From positions 44,171-108,170 of the forward strand of contig JBBDWR010000012.1 in NCBI GenBank assembly GCA_040902745.1: a stretch of DNA of 64,000 nucleotides. The letters are read 5' to 3'. Source of the stretch: Actinomycetota bacterium (lineage in GTDB: Bacteria; Actinomycetota; UBA4738; HRBIN12). The notes under the pieces are model-generated. The model was not told where the DNA came from. It saw only the letters and a program-made list of their open reading frames with translations, and ran no database searches. A program made the translations under genes and the position numbers. This document shows positions 1-8,732 of the stretch, one piece after another; position 1 is the stretch's first letter; the number at the start of each line of letters is the position of its first letter.

Positions 1-207
1 CGAGTGGCTTTCGGCACTGCCAGACCTCCTGATTGGCCCCGGCTGCGGAAGTCGATGTAGGTGACATCGCCTAGTCCAGGGGTTGCCCGGGTGAGAATAG
101 TCTGGTCACGATGGGCTCCCCAATAGGCCATTCGACGAGGATCCCTGGCAGAAGACCTATTCGGCCCAGATCCGGCCGATCTGAGCGGTGGTATCCGCCG
201 AGCGGGC

Positions 208-1023
208 TCAGCAGCTCGGGCCGAGGACCCGATGCTGCAGGGCGGGGAGCGCCTCGCGCACCCGCCGGACCTCGTCGAGATCGAGGTCGGCGAGGATCAC
301 GCCGTCACCCTCCTGGGGACCCTCTGCGACCACGCGGCCCCACGGGTCCGCTATCAAGGAGTGTCCGAAGCACCGGCGTCCCTTCTCGGGCTCGCCCCAA
401 GGTCCCCACTGCGCCGGAGCGATCACGAAGCACTGGTTCTCGATCGCCCGCGCGCGCAGCAGGGCGTGCCAGTGTGCCTCTCCCGTCGTGAACGTGAACG
501 CCGACGGGACGAACACGATCCGCGCGCCGAGCGCCATCAGTCCCCGATACAGCTCGGGGAAGCGGACGTCGTAGCAGATCGACAGACCCACTCTGCCGAA
601 TTCGGTCGATGCGGTCACCAACTCGTGACCGGCCGTGTAGGCGGTCGATTCTTTGATCGGCGCCTGCCCCGGCAGCTCGACGTCGAACAGGTGGATCTTC
701 CGATAGCGCGCAACGAGCTCCCCGGAACGATCCAACAGCAGGCTCGTCGCGAAGGTGTCGTCCCCGTCGCGTTCGGTGACGCTTCCGGCCAGCACCCATA
801 CGCCGGCGGCACGCGCCGCCTCAGACAAGCGCTCGCTGACCGGGCCGGGGATCGACGAGGCGATCTCGCGGTGTCGGCGGAACGAGCCGTGGAACTCGAG
901 CACTTCGGGAAGCGCAGCGAGGTCGGCCCCGTCGGATCCGGCGCGGGCGATCTGCGCGTCTGCGAGGTCGAGGTTCGCCTCGAGATCCTCACCCGATCGC
1001 AACTGACACAGCCCAACGCGCAT
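208..1023 (-). CDS. carbon-nitrogen hydrolase (nitrilase/amidase superfamily)
   Basis: ORF 208..1083. Family-typical N-terminus MRVGLCQL. Glu/Lys/Cys triad contexts ALPEVLEF, YRKIHLFD, LSICYDVRFPE. Start trimmed to ATG 1021-1023. Confidence 0.85.
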   Translation of the reverse strand: MRVGLCQLRSGEDLEANLDLADAQIARAGSDGADLAALPEVLEFHGSFRRHREIASSIPGPVSERLSEAARAAGVWVLAGSVTERDGDDTFATSLLLDRSGELVARYRKIHLFDVELPGQAPIKESTAYTAGHELVTASTEFGRVGLSICYDVRFPELYRGLMALGARIVFVPSAFTFTTGEAHWHALLRARAIENQCFVIAPAQWGPWGEPEKGRRCFGHSLIADPWGRVVAEGPQEGDGVILADLDLDEVRRVREALPALQHRVLGPSC

Positions 1024-1651
1024 GGCGGCCATACTAGGCGCGATGCCTGCGGGTCGGTACGTCGTGATGGACGGCAGCGGCACCCCGGTCGGGACCGAGG
1101 AATTCCGTTGCGCTCCTGGGCCGATGGGGTGGCGCTACTTCGCGCAGATCACCACGCGCGAACCCACTATGCACGAGGAGGTCGTCGATCTCATCACCGA
1201 CGCCGACCACGTTCCGGTGCGCACACGGATCCACACGGGAGAACACGAGGTCTTGCTGATCGCCGAGGGCGACGCGCTGCGCGGGTTCCGTGACGGCGCT
1301 GCGATCGAGGTCGCTTGGGGCCCGCAGCGCCACCTCGACTACCTCTCCCCGGGATACAACGCGGTCACCGGGCTGCGTTTGGACGCGACGAGTGAGATCG
1401 ACGTCGTGTTCATCGACGCGGTCACCTTGGAACCTCGCGACGAGCGGCAACGCTACGAACTGCTCGGCGACGAGGATGTCGAGACCCCAGTGGGAAGGTT
1501 CGCGGCTCGCCGGTGGCGGTACACCGCGCTGAGCAGCGGGTGGAGCCGCGACCTGTGGATCGCCGGCGAAGTAGTGGTCCGCTACGACGACCTGTTCTCC
1601 CTGGAATGGTACGACCCCGGAGCCAGCGGCCCAGTCCCCGGCTCACCATGA
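1022..1651 (+). CDS. hypothetical protein (possibly DUF1089-like)
   Basis: 209-aa ORF with coding-like composition. Start uncertain: ATG 1022 overlaps the divergent gene's start, and ATG 1043 is an alternative. No motif I can name with confidence. Confidence 0.5.
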   Translation: MAAILGAMPAGRYVVMDGSGTPVGTEEFRCAPGPMGWRYFAQITTREPTMHEEVVDLITDADHVPVRTRIHTGEHEVLLIAEGDALRGFRDGAAIEVAWGPQRHLDYLSPGYNAVTGLRLDATSEIDVVFIDAVTLEPRDERQRYELLGDEDVETPVGRFAARRWRYTALSSGWSRDLWIAGEVVVRYDDLFSLEWYDPGASGPVPGSP

Positions 1652-1658
1652 CGGCCCG

Positions 1659-4600
1659 TCATTCCTCGCGAGCGAGCTCGAACCACACGCACACCTCAGC
1701 ATCGTCGCGCTCAACACCCCACCGGTCGGCGACCTGCTCGACGAGCCGTAGCCCCCAGCCGCCGGGCAAGCCTTCGAGTTCCACGGCCGACGCCTCGGCA
1801 CGGACGGGATCGAAGCCGACGCCGTGGTCGGCCACCTCGACCCGCACGTGTGCCTCTTCGATGTCCACGCGAAGCGCGATCAACTCGCCGCGACCGGCGC
1901 CGGAATGCCGGACGCTGTTGGTCACCAGCTCGCTCACGAGCAATCGCACGTCGTCGAGCACGCCCTTGCTGACACGGAAGCGGAGTTCTTCCATCGCGTG
2001 CCGCGCCTCGGGTACCGATGACGGCTCCGCGCGCAGCACCCGTTCCAGCACCCGGCCGAAGGGGCGGACCCGGAGCGCGAGCACGGTGATGTCGTCCTGC
2101 GGGTCCTCGGATCGGAACCCTTCGACCGCCGAAACGATCTGCGTGGCGATCTCGCCGGCGGTTCGACCCACGCTCGCTCGGAGCAGCTCCTCGAGCCGCC
2201 CTTGCCCGAACTCCTCGCCCCCAACGGCGTGCTCGTCGGTCACGCCGTCCGAGTACAGCACCAGCGTGTCGCCGGGTGACAGCTCGACGTCGACGTCGAC
2301 CAGCTCAGGGTCTGGCAGGATGCCGAGGATCGTCCCCGTGCATTCGATCTCGTCGACCTCGCCTCCGTGCCGCAGGACCAGCGGGGACGGATGCCCTCCG
2401 CACGACACGGTTACTCGCGCGACGTCGCCGCCCGGCCGAACCCGCGCGCAGGCGACGGTCGCGTAGCGCTCCGGGTCGGTCTGACGTAGCAGGGATTCAT
2501 TGAGCGTTCGCAGGATCTGACTTGGACGCTGCTGACCCAAGGCGGCCGCTCGGACGGTCTGGCGCGCAACCCCCATCACGGCGGCGGCGGCTGCACCTTT
2601 GCCCATGATGTCGCCGAGTGCAGCGACCCATGCGCCGGCCCACGATTCGAAAACGTCGTAGAAGTCGCCCCCGACCATCGCCGAGTCCATCGCGACGCGG
2701 AACTGTCCGGCGACCTCGATCCCGGGGATCTCGGGAAGGATCGGCGGCAGCAGGCTCCGCTGCAGGATGTCGGCCACCCGCCGACCCTCGGCGTAGAGGC
2801 GTGCGTTCTCGATCGCGGCGGCCGCGCGACGCGAAAGCTCCTGTGCGAGCGCGAGGTCCTCGGAGGAGTAGCGCCGATCGGGCACGGAAGAGAGCAACGT
2901 GATCGCACCGAACGGCCGCTCCCCGGTGGAGAGCGGCACGACGATCGCCGATCGCAGTTCCAGTGCACGGAGCACCTTCGCGATCTCCGGGGTGCGCTCG
3001 AGCGCGACCTCGACCAATCGGGCGGGGATCTCCTCGAGCAACTGGGACCGGTTGGATTCGATCGCCGCCCACGGCCCGAAGGTGTCGGTGCGGCTCGGAG
3101 GATGGCGCTCACGAAGTTCGCGGAGCCATCGCTCCTTCTCGGGATCCGCATGTGCCAAGGCCACGGACTGCAACGCCCCGTTCTCGTCGATCAACTCGAT
3201 CGAGCACATCGTCGCCAGCCGTGGGACGATCGTGCGCGCGACACTTTCGAGGGTCCGCTCGGATTCGATCGAACTCGCGAGCACGGCGCTGACCTCCGCG
3301 AGGAACGCCAGTCGTTCTCGTGCGACCTCGGCTTCGGCGCGAGCCGCGCGCTCCTCGTCGAGCAACCGCTGCCGCTCAGCCTCCGACGCCTTGCGTTCGG
3401 TCAGATCGAGCACGAACCCGATGCAACGGAACGGTTCTGCCTCGAGCAATGCGAGACCGAGCAGCACGGGGACGCGGGTACCGTCCGTGAGCAGATACTC
3501 CTTCTCGAAGGGTTCTGCTCTCCCCGTCGATAGCAGCCGCCGCACCGCAGCTGCGTCGATATCGGCGAACTCGGGTGGCGTCATCGCCGGCCAATCGATC
3601 AGGCCGGCTTCGAGTTCCTCGCGCGTACGGCCGATCATCTCGAGGAACGCCTGGTTCGCGTCGAGGATTTGTCGCTCACCCGCGACCACCGATCCGATAA
3701 CGTTCGACTCCATCAGCAGTCGCAGGCGGGTCTCGCGTTCCCGCTCCGCATCGAGGAGCAGCACTCGCTGTAGGGCGAGGGCGGACTGCCGGGCGATCGC
3801 GACGATCAGATCACGCGCCGCTGCATCGAACGACTGCTCGCTGTCGAAGACGAGGCCGAGGGCGCCGAGTGGCACGCCCCCGCTTTCCAGCGGGATCGAA
3901 GCCCACGAATCGGCGTCGAGCGCTTCTACGAGCGGGGCGAGCATCGGATACCCGCCGACGATCGCCTCCCGAGTCCCGAACCAGAACGGCTCGTGCCTAG
4001 CCACGGCGTCCGTCGCGGGCATGCCCCCTTCCCGGGTGATCCCGTGGGCGATCTCCAGGCCATGCGCGTCGACCGCGGTTGCGCCGGCGAGTTGGAGTTC
4101 ATCCCCGCGCGCCAGGAACACGAACGCCGCCTTCGCATCGAGGGAAGCTGGTCCCTCACGGAGCAGGATGTCGATGACCTGCTGCTCGGAGATCGCGGTC
4201 GCGAGCGCGGCCGTCAGATCCTGCAGACGCTCGGTCCGCCGGTGTGCGCGCTCGGCTCGCGCACGCGCCTCACGCTCGGCGTCGAACAAGAACGCTCGCT
4301 GCAGCGCCTGTGCTCCTGTCCGAGCGATCGACACGGTCATCGCCTGTTCGTCTTCCCCGAAGAGGTGCTCGCTCGCGAACCGAAGCGCGAGCGCGCCCAG
4401 AACTTGGCCGCGGACCGCCAGCGGCGCGACCGCGAGCGCGCCCGCATCGGGATCGTCCTCCGCCGCCACTACGGGGAAGGCGCGATGCACATCGTCCGCC
4501 GATGCGAGCCAGATCGGCTCACCCGACCGCAGGCACGCGGCGACGGGGACATCCGCCGAGGCGGGGAAGCGGGCCCATCGCGCCAACCGATCATCATCGA

Positions 4601-4805
4601 GCCCCGACGCGGCCAGCACGGAGATCTCTCCAGGGCCGACCGGAACCGAGACCGTGGCCTGCGCCGCGTCGAGCGCGACCCGCGACTCCCGCGCGAGCAC
4701 CTCCGCGACCTCTTCCGGTGTCCCGGCCTCCGCGAGCCCTGCTGACACGGCGTGCAAGCGGGCGATGCGCGACAGCACCTCTCGGTCATCAGCGCTCGGA
4801 TTCAC
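1659..4805 (-). CDS. multidomain sensor: GAF/PAS repeats - PP2C (SpoIIE) phosphatase - RsbW-type HATPase (Rv1364c-like, no STAS)
   Basis: ORF 1659..5105. PP2C signature GGDFYDVF..ALGDIMGKG..LVLYSDGVTDE. C-terminal LVSELVTNSVRHSG..GWGLRLV. 5' end trimmed to GTG 4803-4805 because the upstream part overlaps the better-supported gene 4911..5087. Confidence 0.8.
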   Translation of the reverse strand: MNPSADDREVLSRIARLHAVSAGLAEAGTPEEVAEVLARESRVALDAAQATVSVPVGPGEISVLAASGLDDDRLARWARFPASADVPVAACLRSGEPIWLASADDVHRAFPVVAAEDDPDAGALAVAPLAVRGQVLGALALRFASEHLFGEDEQAMTVSIARTGAQALQRAFLFDAEREARARAERAHRRTERLQDLTAALATAISEQQVIDILLREGPASLDAKAAFVFLARGDELQLAGATAVDAHGLEIAHGITREGGMPATDAVARHEPFWFGTREAIVGGYPMLAPLVEALDADSWASIPLESGGVPLGALGLVFDSEQSFDAAARDLIVAIARQSALALQRVLLLDAERERETRLRLLMESNVIGSVVAGERQILDANQAFLEMIGRTREELEAGLIDWPAMTPPEFADIDAAAVRRLLSTGRAEPFEKEYLLTDGTRVPVLLGLALLEAEPFRCIGFVLDLTERKASEAERQRLLDEERAARAEAEVARERLAFLAEVSAVLASSIESERTLESVARTIVPRLATMCSIELIDENGALQSVALAHADPEKERWLRELRERHPPSRTDTFGPWAAIESNRSQLLEEIPARLVEVALERTPEIAKVLRALELRSAIVVPLSTGERPFGAITLLSSVPDRRYSSEDLALAQELSRRAAAAIENARLYAEGRRVADILQRSLLPPILPEIPGIEVAGQFRVAMDSAMVGGDFYDVFESWAGAWVAALGDIMGKGAAAAAVMGVARQTVRAAALGQQRPSQILRTLNESLLRQTDPERYATVACARVRPGGDVARVTVSCGGHPSPLVLRHGGEVDEIECTGTILGILPDPELVDVDVELSPGDTLVLYSDGVTDEHAVGGEEFGQGRLEELLRASVGRTAGEIATQIVSAVEGFRSEDPQDDITVLALRVRPFGRVLERVLRAEPSSVPEARHAMEELRFRVSKGVLDDVRLLVSELVTNSVRHSGAGRGELIALRVDIEEAHVRVEVADHGVGFDPVRAEASAVELEGLPGGWGLRLVEQVADRWGVERDDAEVCVWFELAREE

Positions 4806-4910
4806 GGGTCGGTCGCTCCCGCTCGCCGGGGCAGACACGCCGACATGTTTGGCCGTTCCGGAGGTCGGGAAACATCTCGGTGCAGCCACGCCAACCGAGG
4901 GGGACCCGAC

Positions 4911-5087
4911 ATGCAGCTCGCAATGCTTGCAGCGAATTCCGGCGGCGCGACGATCCTGTGGATCATCGCCGCCATTTTGGTCGTCGCGGGGATCGTGACC
5001 TTGATCCGTGGCGCCGTGGTCTTCGGCATCGTCCTGATCGTCGCCGGACTGCTCGTGGGTCCCGGCGGGGTCAGCATCTTCAGCTGA
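4911..5087 (+). CDS. small two-helix membrane protein
   Basis: ATG 4911 preceded by GAGGGGGA. 58 aa with ILWIIAAILVVAGIVTLI and VVFGIVLIVAGLLVG hydrophobic helices. Confidence 0.6.
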   Translation: MQLAMLAANSGGATILWIIAAILVVAGIVTLIRGAVVFGIVLIVAGLLVGPGGVSIFS

Positions 5088-5104
5088 CGTAGTTCCGGAC
5101 CACA

Positions 5105-5120
5105 CCGCGCCCCGGCGCGG
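5105..5120 (+). terminator. GC hairpin downstream of small membrane gene
   Basis: CCGCGC-CCCG-GCGCGG, 18 nt after stop 5085-5087, in a convergent intergenic region. No U-tract. Confidence 0.3.
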
Positions 5121-5235
5121 CGGTGGCTCCCTCCCACCGGGTCGAGCCCGTGCGCCCGGACCGGGAGGGGGTCTCCCCCGCGCCGGGGCGGTTCCGTGTC
5201 CGATCCCGTCGCGGTGTGGGGGTGGTGCGCGCGCT

Positions 5236-6072
5236 TCACGCCTCGGACCCTTCCTGCGCGCCGGCGGACTCCCGCAGGCGCGCGAGGGTCTTCGAGAGCA
5301 GCCGCGAGACGTGCATCTGTGAGATCCCGATCTCCTCGGCGATCTCGCTCTGGCTGCGATCCTTGATGAATCGCAGGTAGAGGATCTTCCGCTCCCGCGC
5401 GGGTACCCGACGCAGCTCCTCCGCGACGCTCGCCCATTCCTCGATCAACTCGTAGGTTTCGTCCTCGTCGCCCGGATCGATGCCGGGCATCTGCTCGTCA
5501 CCGCCGGGCGCGGGCGCGTCGAGCGACGAGGTCGAATACGCCTCCGACGCATCCATCGCCTCGAGAACGTCGTCCTGGGTCACCTCCGCACGCCGCGCGA
5601 TCTCCTCCACGGTCGGCGACCGACCGAGTTCCTGGCCGAGATCACGGACCACCGAGTTCACCTGCAAGCTGAGTTCCTTCAAACGCCGGGGAACACGCAC
5701 AGCCCACCCCGTGTCGCGGAAGTGCCGCTTGAGCTCACCCACGATCGTGACCGAGGCGAACGTCGCGAATTTCACGCCACGGTCGGGATCGAACCGGTCG
5801 ACCGCCTTCACGAGGGCCATCGACGCGACCTGCTGAAGATCCTCCAACGGTTCGCCTCGGCCGGAGAACCGACGTGCGAGGTAATCGGCCAGCGGGCGGA
5901 ACCGCAGGACGAGATCATCCCGGGCGCCGCCGTCGTCGGCTCTGCGCGAGAAGCGTTCCGCCACCCACGCTTCGTCCGCGTTCGCGGTGCGCGCTGCTTC
6001 GGCGATCGCCTCGGCGTCGTCGGCGTCGACCGCTGTCGTGTCGGCCGATCGAACGGGCGGCTCGTCGGACAT
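5236..6072 (-). CDS. RNA polymerase sigma factor, SigB/SigF (group 3) type
   Basis: Region 2 DLQQVASMALVKAVDRFDPDRGVKFATFASVTIVGELKRHFRD. Region 4 HTH SQSEIAEEIGISQMHVSRLL. ATGA overlap with the upstream anti-sigma-like gene. Confidence 0.9.
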   Translation of the reverse strand: MSDEPPVRSADTTAVDADDAEAIAEAARTANADEAWVAERFSRRADDGGARDDLVLRFRPLADYLARRFSGRGEPLEDLQQVASMALVKAVDRFDPDRGVKFATFASVTIVGELKRHFRDTGWAVRVPRRLKELSLQVNSVVRDLGQELGRSPTVEEIARRAEVTQDDVLEAMDASEAYSTSSLDAPAPGGDEQMPGIDPGDEDETYELIEEWASVAEELRRVPARERKILYLRFIKDRSQSEIAEEIGISQMHVSRLLSKTLARLRESAGAQEGSEA

Positions 6073-6470
6073 CAGGCGTCTCGCGAGGAACCGAGCGGCA
6101 CGGTGAAGGTGACCGACGGGTGTCCGTCGTCGTCCGTGAACGCGAGGTCGTCGACCAGGGCCGACAGGATCTGCGCGCCGAAGGACCCGTGCTCCGTTGC
6201 GGGCGACCAGCCGTCCACACCCCCATCGGTGGCAACCCGCACCTGCACACGATGCTCGCGGGGGTCGATCGCCAGACTCAGCGTCGAGGCCGGCCCCACC
6301 GCGAGCATCCGTCCCGCGGCCTCGTCCACCGCAAGGCGGAGGTCCTCGATCTCGTCGAGCGTCGCATCCAACCGCGCGGCGACCCCGGCGGCGACGGTCC
6401 GGAGTAGGTGGACATGCTGAGGCGTCGCGGTGATCGTGACACTGACGAAGGGGTCGGCGACGGGGCTCAC
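6072..6470 (-). CDS. anti-sigma factor-like protein (UsfX/RsbW-like, no visible ATP-binding motifs)
   Basis: 132 aa, GTG start. Sits immediately upstream of, and translationally coupled to, the sigma gene. IEDLRLAVDEAAG motif resembles the RsbW N-terminus, but N/G boxes were not seen. Confidence 0.6.
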   Translation of the reverse strand: MSPVADPFVSVTITATPQHVHLLRTVAAGVAARLDATLDEIEDLRLAVDEAAGRMLAVGPASTLSLAIDPREHRVQVRVATDGGVDGWSPATEHGSFGAQILSALVDDLAFTDDDGHPSVTFTVPLGSSRDA

Positions 6471-6586
6471 GCGCCGCCTATACTAGCTGCGCTTCGCGCC
6501 CTGCTTCGGACGGGCTCCGGCGCCACGATGGCCGCCCCGGCCGCGATCCGACGGTCGACGCGGCACCGACGCGAGAGGGGTCTCGG

Positions 6587-6907
6587 ATGGATCTCAAGAT
6601 CGATACGCAAGCCCAGGACGACCGAACCGTCATGACGCTCGAGGGTGAGGTGGATCTGTCCACCGCTCCCGCACTCCGACAGCAGCTCGCCTCGATCGTC
6701 GACGGCGGCGCCGACCACGTCGTGGTCGATCTCCGACAGGTCGGATTCATGGACTCGACCGGCCTCGGCGTGCTGATGGGTGCACATCTTCGGCTGCGCG
6801 AGCGAGACGGCGATCTATCGATCGTAGCCGAGGAGGGACCGGTGCTCCGCGTGCTCACGCTCGCGAAGCTCACCGACGTGTTTCCCGTCTCGAGCACCCT
6901 GCCGTGA
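6587..6907 (+). CDS. STAS-domain anti-sigma factor antagonist (RsbV/SpoIIAA-like)
   Basis: 106 aa. LEGEVDLSTAPALRQQL..VVVDLRQVGFMDSTGLGVLMG, with a conserved phosphorylatable Ser context (DSTGL). Confidence 0.9.
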   Translation: MDLKIDTQAQDDRTVMTLEGEVDLSTAPALRQQLASIVDGGADHVVVDLRQVGFMDSTGLGVLMGAHLRLRERDGDLSIVAEEGPVLRVLTLAKLTDVFPVSSTLP

Positions 6908-7284
6908 GCGCTGCCTCACTCGGCGAAACCGAATCCATGGGTGCCACGCTCCGGCTTCGACCCGACCCCGCACTGGCGGCGACCGCCAGGCTCTTCGCTG
7001 CCGCCGTGGCGCGGCGAGCCGGTGTCGGCCAGGAGCGCATCGACGACCTCAAGCTCGCCGTCACGGAGGCGTGCGCCGCGGCGATCGACGCGGGGAGCGC
7101 GGTCGAGATCGACGTAGCCGCCAACGATGGTCGTGTCGCTGTCGTCGTGCGTGCGTCCCGCATCGGCGAGGATCGCGCGAGTGCCCCCGATGCCCCGATC
7201 GGACGTCTCGATCTGATCCGGGCCCTTTTCGATGACGTGGAGACCTCACCGGGGTCGATCAGCTTCTCCCTGTCCCCCACCTGA
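6904..7284 (+). CDS. anti-sigma factor-like protein, paralogue of 6072..6470
   Basis: GTGA overlap with the STAS gene. Shares the IDDLKLAVTEA motif with 6072..6470. No kinase boxes seen. Confidence 0.55.
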   Translation: MSAASLGETESMGATLRLRPDPALAATARLFAAAVARRAGVGQERIDDLKLAVTEACAAAIDAGSAVEIDVAANDGRVAVVVRASRIGEDRASAPDAPIGRLDLIRALFDDVETSPGSISFSLSPT

Positions 7285-7306
7285 CCTCCGGAAACACGCT
7301 CCGTTC

Positions 7307-7331
7307 GGTTGAGGCCCCGTCGAGTGGGTAT
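7307..7331 (+). promoter_or_regulatory. candidate SigF/SigB-type promoter (GGTT-N15-GGGTAT)
   Basis: GGTT 7307-7310 and GGGTAT 7326-7331, about 58 nt upstream of GTG 7389. Matches the GTTT-N14-17-GGGTA(T/C) consensus known for SigB/SigF. Confidence 0.4.
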
Positions 7332-7388
7332 CTCCCATGAGCCCGGAACGACGAGCACGGGAGACATACCATCGGAGGGAAGTAACTC

Positions 7389-7832
7389 GTGACCGTGGAG
7401 CTCGACATCAGCTTGCTGCCCGACACGATGGCCCCCGCTCGCGCACGTCGGGCGATCCGGACCCTACGCGGAACGGTTCCCCGAGACCGCGTCGAGGACT
7501 TGGAACTGCTGGTCAGCGAACTCGTGACGAACGTCGTGCAACACGCGGGCGGACGGGAAACCGTCGAATGGATCCGGATGCACGTTGCAGCCGCGACCGG
7601 CGCGGTCCGCGTCGAGATCTCCGACCCGGGCGCCGGAACCCCTGTTCAACGCGACCCGTACGACGGGCACGTTTCGGGCTGGGGGCTGACCTTCGTGGAT
7701 CGTCTCTCGACGCGGTGGGGTATCGACGAGGACCAAGGGAAAACGGTGTGGTTCGAACTGGATACCGCCGGCGCCGAACGGGGGGAGTCCCCCTCCTCGG
7801 GCCGGTCTGGGAGCGACCTCCGTTTGGGCTAA
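7389..7832 (+). CDS. RsbW-type serine kinase / anti-sigma factor (HATPase_c)
   Basis: GTG start with GGAGGG 10 nt upstream. ELLVSELVTNVVQHAG..DPGAG..GWGLTFVDRLSTRWG. Confidence 0.8.
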   Translation: MTVELDISLLPDTMAPARARRAIRTLRGTVPRDRVEDLELLVSELVTNVVQHAGGRETVEWIRMHVAAATGAVRVEISDPGAGTPVQRDPYDGHVSGWGLTFVDRLSTRWGIDEDQGKTVWFELDTAGAERGESPSSGRSGSDLRLG

Positions 7833-7847
7833 CCCGACAGCGGGTAC
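7822..7847 (+). promoter_or_regulatory. candidate SigF/SigB-type promoter (GTTT-N16-GGGTAC) upstream of csbD
   Basis: GTTT 7822-7825 and GGGTAC 7842-7847, about 80 nt upstream of ATG 7929. CsbD is a classic general-stress regulon member. Confidence 0.45.
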
Positions 7848-7928
7848 GCACAGCAGGTAAACGGTCACGAGCGGTGACCACCGCCATCGATCGGCCGGCA
7901 ACCAGCCGGGCCAACGAGGAGGAACGAC

Positions 7929-8114
7929 ATGGGCGAGAAGATGGACGAAGCCAAGGGCAAGGCCAAGCAAGCGGTCGGCGACGCCACCGACGACGACGAC
8001 CTCAAGCGCGAAGGCAAGATGGACGAGGTCGGCGCCAAGGTCAAGGAGAAGACCGGCGACGCGGTCGACGCGGTCAAGGACAAGACCAAGCAGCTGACCG
8101 ACGACGACCGCTAG
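7929..8114 (+). CDS. csbD: CsbD-family general stress protein
   Basis: 61 aa. KGKAKQAVGDATDDDDLKREGKMDEVGAKVKEKTGDAVDAVKDK repeat pattern. GAGGAGGA RBS. Confidence 0.9.
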   Translation: MGEKMDEAKGKAKQAVGDATDDDDLKREGKMDEVGAKVKEKTGDAVDAVKDKTKQLTDDDR

Positions 8115-8133
8115 GCCTTCACTCGGGCCCCCA

Positions 8134-8164
8134 AGAAGCCCCTGGCGCCATGTCGGGGGCTTCT
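8134..8164 (+). terminator. hairpin after csbD
   Basis: AGAAGCCCC (8134-8142) pairs with GGGGCTTCT (8156-8164), 9-bp stem. No clear U-tract. Confidence 0.45.
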
Positions 8165-8183
8165 GTCATGAGAGCATGCCCGC

Positions 8184-8732
8184 GTGACGAGTGATCAGGG
8201 CTCCGGCGACACCCCTCTCGACGAGGCAGTTGCCCGCGCGGACGAGGAGGAACCGGACGAAGATCCGAAGGAGCGCCTCAACCGCAAGCTGATCGAGGTC
8301 CTGAACGAGCTTCGCGTCGGATTGCCCGGCGTGCAGGTGCTGTTCGCGTTCCTGCTGACGCTTCCGTTCACCGCGGAGTTCGGCAAGATCTCGCCGTTCC
8401 AGCGCGACGTCTACGCGGTCAGCCTGTTCGCGTCGGCGGTGGCATCGCTGCTGATGATCGCCCCGGCCGCCTACCACCGGCATCGGTTCGCAACCATGCA
8501 GCACGAAACGGTCCAGGCGAAGCTCGAGATGCTCGTGACGCAGGGACGCCTCGCGATCGCAGGGCTCGCGACGTTTGCGATCTCGATGTCGCTGGTCGTG
8601 TTCCTCGTCTTCGATGTGATCTTGAGTCTGCGATGGGCGGGCCTCGGCGCAGGGACGCTCGCGTTGGGCTTCCTGTGGTTCTGGTACGGACTCCCGATCT
8701 CGCGCCGGCGTCGAGACCCGACACAGCCGTAG
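8184..8732 (+). CDS. DUF6328-like membrane protein
   Basis: GTG start. LNELRVGLPGVQVLFAFLLTLPF followed by further hydrophobic helices. Confidence 0.65.
   Translation: MTSDQGSGDTPLDEAVARADEEEPDEDPKERLNRKLIEVLNELRVGLPGVQVLFAFLLTLPFTAEFGKISPFQRDVYAVSLFASAVASLLMIAPAAYHRHRFATMQHETVQAKLEMLVTQGRLAIAGLATFAISMSLVVFLVFDVILSLRWAGLGAGTLALGFLWFWYGLPISRRRRDPTQP

Noticed and set aside
2899-4998. Very long alternative-frame or antisense ORFs (e.g. 2899..4998 +, 15744..18320 +, 36024..37733 +, 40462..42171 +, 48260..51046 +, 53345..55927 +)
   Set aside because: Their Arg/Pro/Ser/Ala-rich low-complexity translations have no recognisable motifs. They fully overlap genes with clear family signatures on the other strand or frame. 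These are typical shadow ORFs of high-GC DNA.
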